Assembly: GCA_023213395.1 (NCBI GenBank)
Contig: CM041465.1
Coordinates: 189,231,741-189,295,740 of the forward strand
DNA: 64,000 bases
Direction of reading: 5' to 3'
DNA from: Cycas panzhihuaensis
Lineage: Eukaryota > Plantae > Cycadophyta
Part shown: positions 50,621-62,371 of the stretch, one piece after another
Layout of the letters: every line of letters begins with the position of its first letter
Position numbering within the stretch: position 1 is the first letter of the stretch
Made by a program: the position numbers and the translations under genes
The notes under the pieces: model-generated
Seen by the model: the letters and a program-made list of their open reading frames with translations, nothing else
The model's database searches: none
Told to the model about the DNA's origin: nothing

Positions 50621-51453
50621 ACCTAATTTGTTCCTAAAAGTTGGTGACTTGGGTCTCAAGTGCAGAAATTTTATCACTGTTACTTGGAGGAGCCATGTAG
50701 AAAGGGTGTAAAGAGGCAAGAATAGATAAAAATAAGGGGGAACATACAAAGTAGGAAAGATCCAAAAAGAATAGCATGTAAGAATTATGGAGTTATTACA
50801 AGGAAGAGAAGGGGACAAATAGGGGAATATGGAGTTTCTATAGCCTATTGACCCCAAAAATCACATAAATAAGATATGTAGCTCACTTAGACAAGTGTTA
50901 AAAGCTTGCTCAAATGGGGTATATAAGATGTAAGAGTGAGTTAAAGGTGGTGGGACCTACTAGTAACCTTGGTACTACAAATATAAAAAATGTTTATAGG
51001 AACTAACCTAGTGTAAAATTACTAACATAACACGTTGATTAAAATAATATATATGAGTTGTAAAGGTGCTTTTTGAGTCGAGAAATTACACAATGAAGAG
51101 TGATTAAGTGAAGTTTTTTTTTTCTTTTTTACTAAGTCTAACTGCGTTGATAGGTTTTGAATTCAGGCAGTAAGTAAAAATTAGGTTTTTCTTTTTTTTC
51201 TAATATATTGTGGCTTGAGATCTTAATTAGGAAATGGAGCATATGAAGTAGTGTATCCTACCAACCACTAGACAATGTATGCTTAGTCTTTTAGGCTTAC
51301 CAATAAACTTCTGATGTAGATTGTTAGGATAAGGAATTTTGTGGTGTTAATCGCTAACTATTGTATTACAAAACTTCAACAACTAGTTATTTACCTATGT
51401 TAGAAAAGGTTTGGGACCTATAATGGTCCTTCTATATACCTAAAGGTATGTGG

Positions 51454-54400
51454 TGTTAGATAATATAATAAGAATATTTTGGAGGATAAAATTTTTATAG
51501 GTTGGCAGTATAGTTTTCCCCCCAAACTTCCTCGGGAGGATCCAAGGTGGCTAGGGGGTGCAGGGGGTGCCAGAATCCCTCCAGTAAAGAGAGGGTTCAG
51601 GGGTAGTAGCCCTTGACCCAAAAAGTTAGCACTAAAAAGCATATTAAATTATAAAGAGAATTAGGGTCATTCATTCAAAATACATTAGATTTAATGGTCA
51701 TGATTTGTACCTTGTATGACTCTCTTATATAGCTTGATTTAGGGTGTTTTTTTATTATGTTGATGGTATTCGATATATTGGATATACTGTGAGGAGTTGA
51801 GTAGCTAGTTATTATTGTTGTGACCATTCTGATACAGATTATGTATATTTCTCTATCCTTGATAATAAAGATCGATACCTTTCTTGTGTGGATATTATCG
51901 TAGCACACTACTAGGGTTTTACCATATTATATCTGGTGTATATGTGATGCTTTGGCTTTATAAGTCATTTATTGGATTATCTCTAATTTTAGAACTTTCA
52001 TGTTAAATTTTAGTTTTGATTTCTGTAACTAGTTGCAAAATAATTTAGATCTTGGTAGTAGTTTTTAGTTATTGGGACCTACTTTACTCAACAAGTGGTA
52101 TCATAGCTACTTTTATTTTTGCAGTGAGTTTATAAAGGTTTTGGTATCAATTTTCTCTACACTAAATAACAAAATTAGTGAATATAAAGTTTTAGGTGGA
52201 GAAATTCAATGGTAAGAATACTTCGAGTTGTAGAAGTTAAAAGCATATGATGTTATAATATAACAAGGTTTGTACAAAGCTCTTGTAGGTAAATCGAAGA
52301 AACTATAGGGATGGCTGATGATAAATGAGATGATCTAGACCAAAGGGCTCTTAACATAATATGATTATTCTTAGCGAATGAAGTTCTATTTAACATCACA
52401 GGGGAGTAGATAGTAGTAGGATTATGGACCCAATTGGAAGGTTTGTACATGACCAAATTAGTGATGAATCGAATCTACTTGAAGAGGAAGTTACACTTAT
52501 TATAGATAAAGGAATGTAACAAAAATTGATAATCATTTAAATATTTTTAAGACTCTTATTTATTAGTTGGCTAGTATTGATGTCACGATTAAGGATGAGG
52601 ACAAGGTTGTTACCTTATTATGTTCATTACCAGAATCCTAGGATAATATTGTCACTTCAATTAGTTTTAGCACTACAGGTGAATTAGACTATGATTCTGT
52701 TATGAGTTCTTTGTTGATGGAAGAAATGAGGAGGAAGTCCATTCTTGAAACCTCCACACTAGAAACTATAATAGCAAGAGGTAAAATAATTGAAATAGGA
52801 TAAAGCTCTAGGGATACATCGAGGTCAAAGTCAAAAGGCAAGAAGGGTAAGCTCATATGTTGGCACTACAATAAGACAGGTCACCTTAAGAAGGATTATT
52901 ACAAAATGAAAGCATTCTAAAAAAATGAAGATCTTACTAAGGAGGCTAATTAGGTGGAGTTAAATCAAGGTACAAATGATGATATCTTTGTTTCTTATAA
53001 TATTTTCCATTATCATCATGACTAATTATTAGATTCAGGTGTTTCACACTACATGTGTCCACATAAAATTTTATTTCCATCATACCAACCTCTTGATGGT
53101 GGTGATGTGCTTATGCAAAATAAAGTTTTCTATAAGACAATGGGCATTAGTAGAATCAAAATTAAAATATTCGATAGTGTAGTAAGAACATTAACTAAAG
53201 TTAGACATGTACCTAATCTAGAAAGGAATCTATTTTCCTTAAGTGAACTAGATTTTAGTAGTTATAAGTACAGAGGTCATGAAGGAGTCTTGAAGATGTC
53301 AAAGGGTTCTTTAGTTATTATAAAAGCCTTGAAGAAAAGAAACCTTTACTTTTTAGTGGGAAGTACAGATGTCAATCATCCAGCTATAACATCACAATCT
53401 ATAGAAGATCTAGCTCGGTTATAGCATTGGACACTTTGGCACATGAGTGAGAGAGGGCTTAAGGTGTTGATGAACCATAAGTTACTGTCTAACTTACAAC
53501 TTTTAGATTTGATCTTTTATAAATATTGTATTTTTGGAAAGTAGTGTAGACTCAAGTTTAAAGTAGGAAGTCACAATAGTAAAGGTGTTCTGGATTATGT
53601 ACATTCAGATGTGTGGGGACTAACCCCTATAATATCTTATGGACGATCATTATACTTGGTTATATTTATAGATAATTACTCTAGAAAGATATGGATCTAT
53701 TTTTTGAAAAGGAGATCTAAAGTTTTTAGTGTGTTTAAGCAGTTCAAGGATCTGGTTAAGAAGAGCACTAGTAGGTCAATCAAATATTTAAGAATTGACA
53801 ATAGAGATGAGTTCAACTCCTTGGAATTTGAGAATTATTACAGAGAAGCTGGGATCAAAATACATAAGACTAATACCTATACTCCACAGTAGAATGGTAT
53901 AACTGAGCACATGAATAGGAAACTCTTAGAAAGAGTAATAAGCATGCTGAGTAATGCATGAGTGAAGTAGGGATTATAGGCAAAAGTTGTTCAAACAACT
54001 TGTTATTTAGTAAATAGGTCACCATCACTTGGAATAGACTACAAGATTCCTAAAGAGGTATGGACTGAACATCCATATAACTATTAAAATTTGAAATTTT
54101 TTGGTTGTGATGTTTATGCCTTGACTAATAAAAGTCAACGTTCAAAGTTAAACTTAAAATCCAAGAGATATATCTTTGTTAGTTATGGTGTTAGAGATCA
54201 TGTAAAAGGATACAGGTCATGGGATCTTACTGCCCACAAAATCACGATTAACAGAGATGTTATATTTAATGAATCTCCCTTTCTAAAATTAAACAGTATA
54301 GAAGTTGAAGTAAAACATGAGTAAAAAGTTAAACATTAACAGGTCAAGCTTGAGACCCAACCATCTTTTGAAATAGAAGAGTAAAAATACCTTTCTGAAG

Positions 54401-56647
54401 ATGAATCTAAAGCAGATTTATACAAGTATATAGACACTTATCTATCAACTATTAGAAGATCTACATGAGTTAGTCATCCACTGATAGGTATAACCCTTTT
54501 ATTTCTATTGCTTTAGTATTTAATGATGGTGAGCCTACATGCTATCAAGAAGCAATAGATGATATTTATAGGGAGAAGTAGAAGAGGGTTCTGCAGGAAG
54601 AGATAGATGCTTTGAAGAAAAATAATTCATGGGACTTGGTAGAACTTCCATATGGTAGGAAGACTATTAGTTACAAGTAGGTTTTCAATAAGAAGGTTGA
54701 CAAATACAGGGCAAGATTGGTAGCTAAATGCTTTACACAAAAAGTAGGTATTTACTTTCATAAGATCTTTTTAGTAGCTATCAAATTTATTTTAATTCAA
54801 GTTCTGTTAGCATTGGTAGCTTCTTTTGATTTAGAGTTAGAGCAGTTAGATCTAAAAATAACTTTTCTGCATGGAGATTTAGATGAGGAGATCTATATAG
54901 ATCAACCATAAGGGTTTGTATAAGATGGCAAGAAAAGACTTGTTTGCAGGCTCAAGAAATCATTCTATGGCTTGAAAGGATCACTCAGGCAATGGTACAG
55001 GAAGTTTAATACCTTTATAAAGAGCCAAGATTTCAAAAGAAGTGAGTATAATCATTGTGTTCACTTTAAATTCTTGGACAATGGCTATTTTATTATCTTA
55101 GTATTATATGTTAATGACATATTAGTTGCAAGCAAGAGCATGGTAAAAATCAACAAGTTAAAGGCTCAATTGGCTAGGACTTTTGATATGAAGGATCTAG
55201 GAGTTACAAATCAAATCTTAGGTATACAGATATATAGAGACAGGAAAAAGAAGAAGAAAAGGATTATATGTCTCATGTACCTTATGCTAGTGTAGTAGGA
55301 AGTTTAATGTATACCATGGTATGTATAAGACCTGACATTTCACATATAGTTAACGTAGTTAGTAGGTTTATAAAAAATCCAGGAAAGGAATATTATATAA
55401 TAGTGAAATTGGTGCTTCGATATTTAAGGGGCACAAGTGATTATTACATCACCTTTGGAAGTACAAGTAAACAAGTTTGTCGATATGTTAATTTAGACTT
55501 TGCAGGAGATTTAGATAAGACAAGGTCTACTTCAGGTTATGTATTTACTCTTGGAAAAGGTTTGATTAGTTGGATGTCAAAATTACAGAGTATAGTTGTA
55601 TTATCAACTACAGAAGCATAATATATTACTGCAACACATGCTTATAAAGAAGCAATCTAGTTATAGGGTCTATTGGTTGATCTTGGAAGGAAATAGGAAA
55701 AGGTAATGATATTTTGTGATAGTGAAAGTGTTATTTAGTCAGTAAAGAATCCAACTTATCATAGTAGGACAAAGAATATTACTCTTAAGTACCATTTTAT
55801 TAGACCAGTTATGGAAGTAGGTGGAGTGGCACTTGAGAAGGTTAATACAAAATAGAATTTTGCTAACATGTTCACAAAACTAGTACTATTGGAGAAGTTT
55901 AAATGGTGTTTGACTTCTTTTGGCTTATATAAAAGGTGATGAATAGTCCAGGAAGAGTATAAGATAAATTGTTGTCAAGCTGAAGATTGTTAGATAATAT
56001 GATAAACAATGTTTTGAAGGCTAAAATTTTGATAGGTTGGCAATGTAGTTTCTTCCCCAAACTTCCTTGGGGGGATCCAAGAGGGGAAGAAGCTTCCCTT
56101 AGCCAAGGGGTACAGGAGGAGCTAGAATCTCCCTAGTAAAAAAAGGGTTTGGGGGAAATAGCCCCTGACCCTAAAAGTTAGCACTAAAAAGCATACTAAA
56201 TTATAAGGAGAATTATGGTCATTTATTTAAAATACCCTAGATTTGATGGTTGAGATTTGTGCCTTATATGACTCTCTTATATAGCCTAATTTAGGGTGTT
56301 TTTTTTATTATATTAATAGTATTCAATGTATTAGATGTACTGTGAGGAGTTAGGTGGTTGGTTGTTATTGTTATAAGCATTTTATTGCAGATTATATACA
56401 TTTCTCTATTCCTTGATAATAAAGATTGATACCTTTCCTATATGGATGTTTTCCTAGCACATTACTAGGGTTTTACCATGTTATATCTAGTGTATATGTG
56501 ATGCTTCAACTTTTTAATTCATTTATTATATTATCTTTAGTTTAAGAACTTATATATTAAATTTCAGTTTTGATTCCTATAACTAGTTGTAAAATAGTTT
56601 ATATCTTGGTGGAAGTTGTTGGTTATTAGGACCTAATTTACTTAACA
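51454..56647 (+). mobile_element. Full-length decayed Ty1/copia, Tork/Tnt1-like, nested in the chromovirus leader; LTRs 51454-52093 and 55988-56647
   Basis: TGTTAG...AACA LTR pair; PBS tggtatcatagc (52096-52107); decayed PPT caagctgaagat; TSD tgtgg/catgg. Confidence 0.95.
52175..55939 (+). pseudogene. Tork-like gag-pol (decayed)
   Basis: VEKFNGKN; CWHYNKTGHLKKD; LDSGVSHYMCPH; VRHVPNLERNLFSL; LYLVIFIDNYSRKIWIYFLK; LVLYVNDIL; VPYASVVGSLMY; DFAGDLDKTRSTSGYVF; VVLSTTEA. Confidence 0.95.
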
Positions 56648-58770
56648 CATGGAGGTACACTTCTGTATCAAGGTTCTATTTAAGGCTTAGTTTAGGAGTG
56701 TTATCTGTAGTCTTTTATGCAAGGTACAAAAGAGCCATAATGCACTTAACCAGAATAATAGATCCCAATAATTTTAAAGACCCCCAATATAGGGTCTCTA
56801 CCTAACTACTTGGGTAGTTCCCAAGCAGTGTTATCTACCTTAAAAAGAGAGGTGAAAAGGAGAACGGATAGTCATCGACTACTATTATCTATACTTAGAC
56901 TGATGACCTAGTACAGAAAATAAAATAATTGAATTAAACTAAAAAAAATGAATATAAGGCAAAATAGAGTACTAAGCATTACCTAGGGGAAGAAATTACC
57001 CTTCCCTTATAACTATTGGGTTGTGTTGATTCTGTTTAAATCTCTGTGAAGAGAGTACTAAGCAAAGGTCTTTCCTCAATATCTGCTTACATAAATAGAG
57101 TGCTTGATCTATCAAAGAAAGAAAAATTGATTCTTTCCTAATGAGTAGCTTTCCATGATTCAAATGTGGCTTTAATACCTCTACGGATAATTCTTCTTAT
57201 AGGTGCTCCTTAGTATAACAAAGGAATAGTAATTTATAAATACTTTATTCAAACCAACAAAGATAAATAGATTATCAAAAGAGTCTCACAAAGCATAAGA
57301 GTGCCAATTAATCACCAAATAAAAGTACCTAAGTACAATCTCTTTCAAAAATAATATCAAACTAATCATATTTTACAATCCACAACCCTTATATAGATAA
57401 AAGAGGGTCTTTTCCATGCAATCCTATTGGTGGCCCAAGTGGCCTTATATTCTATTGGAAAACATAGCGGCCTTGCATACTATTGGCTATTTTATCAACC
57501 CATATGCCAAGTTCCATAACTAACTTTATCATTTAACTTTATAACATCTATCTACATATTAGTACTTTATATAACATAGCAAGATTAGTTATGTATAGGT
57601 TTCTTGAGGGAGGTAAGGGAACCAAATCCACGTCACTCTTCTAATATTATAACTTTCTATTACAAATCTCCTTTCACTGGAATCGTTAGTGTCTATCATG
57701 AGTTTAACTAGCATGTTGGTCCTTATTCTTCAATCATCTTTAGGTCTTATCTATTATACTAGAGTCCTCAATGGTCCTCTTAGCCCACAATAGAATATGA
57801 GATTACAGTTTGTGCTTATTCTTATAATAACTCATCATTAATACTCCCACTAGGTCCTATTTTGTCTTGAACATAATATTAGGTACACAAACCTCTACAC
57901 CTACCGCACCGTAACTCTGAAAGGGAAGAAATAAAGGATAAAACCTATTTTCAAATGACACTTCAATATGATATGTAAATAACGCTTTAAATGATATCTA
58001 AACTAGTCACATTGTTTTTCCCCTATATTCATATAGTTTATAAGATTTATTTCAAACCCTATATAAATAGACTCCAAACTCTTGTAATCTTACTATTGCA
58101 ATCTATGTCTAAAATATGTACACTCTAACGCATCTCAAATATATAATGGAAGGCTTCTAACTAGTGCAATACATAATGGGGGATAATTCCACGAATAGTT
58201 TTAATAAGTACCTATTAAATAATTGTTGCAAAAACTTTTGCCAAAAATATGGGAGGCAAATATTACCAATCACTAACACCTCCACATTTGTATCATGATA
58301 CCATTCTTTATTTGCAATATAAACTTGCTGGGATACATGACACAAAAGACTCCTATTTTATACCATGATCAAGGTAGAACTAATTTTAAGACATTTTTTC
58401 ATATACCTTTTCATTCACTTTAATTTCTTCCTAATCACACAATTAGATCTACATCGAACTTGTTCAGGTATATACAAACATTAAACCAATAGATGATAGG
58501 CTATAATCCTCATGCTAATATGAACCCAACCACGCAAAGTATAATGGTCCATTGTAAACTCATTAGCAGTTATAAAAACAAACTCAAAATAGTAATTCTA
58601 AACTCTTCACCTCATATATTTGATATAAAAACAATGATATATTGAATAAAAATACCACTTTATAATATAATAAACCACACTTTTAATAATGAATATACAA
58701 TGATCAATACCATAATTTTCTTTCCCTATAGCTTGGTATCTCCATAAAACTCTCACCTTTTCATCCTTTC

Positions 58771-58937
58771 TATCAATTAGTGAAAACCACCACCCTGATA
58801 ACTCTCACCCATTAATCATGCCTCTCTTATCAATTAGTGAAATTTCACTGTCATTGATAGCTCATCAATTAATCATGCTCTTATATGAATCAATGATAAT
58901 ACACTATTATTAATAACTCATGCCCAATTAACTCTCT
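58771..58937. repeat. ~55-bp tandem sub-repeat x3 (also at ~42697-42865)
   Basis: tatcaattagtgaaa...tgataactc...attaatcatgc.tct repeated three times in both copies of the internal region. Confidence 0.75.
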
Positions 58938-60927
58938 TATGTAAACACATATAAGAAGAGCTTCACATCACCACATATTATCAAACAATCACCAACTAAA
59001 AGTGCCTTAAACACTCACTTCACCACATCACCTCATATAATAATCAAATCACTCATTTCTCCATTAAACAACATGTTATCACTCAAGCACCATAATCTCC
59101 AAAACACTGAAATATGCCCACTTGAACCAAGTATCATATCTAATTATCTTGAAAAGGACAACTTAACATCAAAGGCCATAATAAGGCCACTTAATATATT
59201 GAAATAGCCTTAATACAACTTAAGATATAACTTTAACACAGAGGGCAAAACTTACAAACAAGAGACTTAATATGGATGATAGGCAATTTGATATATGACA
59301 TAATTTTAAATATGTCAAATGATGTAATCTCAATATTAGAAAATATATTAATGCCACTTTAAAAAAAGGAGATCAAATATATTTAAAAATATATCAAAAG
59401 TGGTCTTATTATATTGGTTGATTGACTTCATTTGATGAAGGGTGATAATATTTCAATGACGAACAACAAAATTATCAAAGGCAATTTAATAATGATCAAG
59501 TATCATATGATGACTTGATAAATTATTGGGTGATGAAATAATCATTCATGACTATGATGATCATAATATCTAATAGCGAATTCATTATTAAATAGGTGAC
59601 TGAATCAATAATTCATTCGTACAATTAGATCAAGCAACATTAATAAAGCAATAATAGCGATCGATTAAAATATAAATGGATGATAGATAAATCACATGGT
59701 TACTTTATAAATCAAACATAGGAAACAAAATATAAAAAAAAAAATCACCTTGAATTTTTAACTGGTAGAATTATGGGACTTCATCACTACATCCATAGTG
59801 AATAAATTTCATAATATTCCTTTTGTAATTACTTGATTTAAATTCTTATATCTAAAATCTACAACGTTTGCATTTATGACTATCAACAACCTATTTTATT
59901 TGTGTGAAATATAAACCCCCTACATATCCATGGCCCATGATGGCATAAATAATAGCTCTACACTCATTCTTTTGTGGCTCTACAACATTAACATGATATG
60001 CATCATTTCTTGATTAACTTTAATCTATGATTCTCTTATTCACCATCTACAAATCTGGTAGGTTACATGTCTCTTAGTTGTCAACGAAGCAAATAGATTA
60101 GTAAGCATCTACACATTTGCATGATGAGACTTAGTTCTCCATTGTGTCTCAATGACTAATCAAATTCATCTAAGTGATCTATATTACCTCAATGCATATA
60201 TTCACCATCTACAACAAATGCTTCAATAGTCAATAGTGAAGATGTTCATATGACTCTCTTGCAATCATTCTTCTAAGTCTACATTTATGCAAAGGTTACT
60301 ATAATCACTCTGACCTTCTACATCTCTACTCATGCAACATAAATAATAGTGATGCATTCATAATCAAAAGTATTGTGTGCTTTTATCTTCAGGCTTCTCT
60401 TCCATGTTCAGGTAATCTCAATGATGTCTCTATATGTAATGGTGGCCTCATCTCTTTACATAGCCCAATCTATAATCATGACTCTATATGGCAATCAACC
60501 TCTTCACCCAACAGGTAGCTAGCAATGATTTAGCTTAGAGAGCTTCTCTGTAATTACTTTTAATGGCTACAAACCTAATGGCACCTTAAATAATAGATCC
60601 GGCACCTTTTACAGATCTAAAATAGATAATATAGTTGGTAACTGAGTAACTAAGGGTTGCATATTTGAAACAGAGTGTACTAGCACCTACACAAACTATA
60701 ATAACCTATTTTACTTGTTCACACACCTTCGAGGACTATCAAATCAGTGCAAAATAGAAAATAGAAGGCAATGGGATCTATATACAATTATTGCACCACT
60801 GTGGTTATTCTTTTAATTATTAAATAAATAGATCCTTAAAGGGTGAACCAACATTATCTAGTAACCAATTATCAAATAATCCACCCAACATTCACCTAAT
60901 TATGCACCTCCTGCTATTATGATATCA

Positions 60928-61258
60928 TGTTAGGAAAGACCAAATTGACAAATAAGATGCTAAATCATTTATATACACAAAAAAATCAAATAAAATAAGC
61001 ATATAAGATAAATAGATTTGACATGGGAACCCTTTTAAGAGAAACCCACTACAGAAATATATTATGATATTTTTATAAATTTATTTTGTTATATTATAAT
61101 GGAATTTGATTTATATTTATAGATAGTAAGTTCCTTAAATATTAATATTCAAATTACGTTTTTCATCCCATAATATCATAATATTACATCAATATATTTA
61201 TATAATATATTCACCAATTTTATATTAGTCAGCCACTTGATATAATATTACTCTAACA
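60928..61258 (-). repeat. 5' LTR of outer copia
   Basis: tgttag...ctaaca termini; adjacent decayed PBS tgatatcataatagc. Confidence 0.85.
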
Positions 61259-61891
61259 GATATGTTTCTATGATAGTTTTTAAAATAAGGGTTTGAAGCT
61301 TTTATAAAAGCTATGAAATTATAAGACTAAATGAAGTGTGATATGATAAGGTTTTGAAGTATTTTTGTGGAAATTTTATGTGGTTATCAAAATATATATC
61401 TATTTTAATCATATAAATGGAAATGAATACTATCATAAGCTCTATACTATACTTTGGTATATTTATTGTGTATGTCATCTACTATCTATAAGTTATTAGA
61501 TCTATTTTAGTAAGAGACATTGTCCATGTTCATTAAACAGAAGGCATTACTATCAAGGATGAATTCAACGGTGAGATTATGATTTATGGCAATCCCTATT
61601 GAGGACCAAAACATTTAATGGGAGTAAAGATAAAAAGAAAATAAAGATATTAGAAGAGTCATTTATAATTAAAATCATCATGTATGAGATATGTATCTAT
61701 CATTGTGTGAAGTCTACCTTATGAAGAGCTCTCCTCCATAACTTGTTACTCGTTATTCTTATGAGATACTAGAACTTTCAATGGATGCCATATTATGAAA
61801 ATGATAATTTATAGATTTAGAGGATAGATATCCTCATTTGTTTCCTTGTATAAATACATACTACCATACTCGCCTCATGAAACTTTCACAA

Positions 61892-61926
61892 AGAGAGAGA
61901 GAGGGAGAGAGAGAGAGAGAGAGAGA
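61892..61926. repeat. (GA)n microsatellite
   Basis: agagagagagagggagagagagagagagagagaga. Confidence 0.95.
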
Positions 61927-62371
61927 AAGACCCTTAGCATTTATTAAAAACATTCACCAAAAACACAAATAGATTAATTTGATATAAAGCCCCTAGATCA
62001 CCATATTGTTATAGAAAATCACATAAAAACCATTAAAAAAATAATTATAAAAACCCTAAGGTTAATATTCAAATGAGATAAGTTTTCATTTTTTAATTTT
62101 TTCATGAGGTATTATTTTATAATGTTCAAGTTGAACGTAATTCAATTGTAATGTTAGTTGAGATTTTCTCTAGCCTCTAAAAACATTAACTGATGGTCAC
62201 ATAGGAAGAAGACACAACTAGGAGTCAAAACTAAAAGGTGCTTAAGTTTTTTCTTTGGCCTATTTTTATTTTTTAAGATATATTATGAGTTTTCCAAGCA
62301 TAATTTTTCTATATGATATCAAAATTATAATATGTTTGGAGTATTTCCTCTCAGAAATTTGACCTTCTAGA

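Larger units (their letters stand above)
45750..57597 (-). mobile_element. Full-length decayed chromovirus (Reina-like), LTRs 45750-46165 and 57182-57597
   Basis: ~416-bp LTR pair; TSD ggttc/ggttt; PBS ggtattaaagc (57169-57179); PPT aagggagggga (46168-46178); gag-PR-RT-RH-INT-chromodomain. Confidence 0.93.
44847..61258 (-). mobile_element. Outer Ty1/copia-derived element: 5' LTR 60928-61258, PBS, ~2.5 kb non-coding region, deletion-riddled INT-RT-RH, PPT, 3' LTR 44847-45164; interrupted by a gypsy element
   Basis: LTR pair with TGTTAG...CTAACA termini; PPT taagagggga at 45165-45174; INT remnant LPYFW at ~58240. RT reads DLVPLPPSRN|LVG..YK across the gypsy insertion, then KEGINYEETF. Confidence 0.85.

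Noticed and set aside
53053-55621. Longest ORFs in the track (93-123 aa) as functional genes
   Set aside because: They are stop-delimited fragments of the single dead Tork-like polyprotein.
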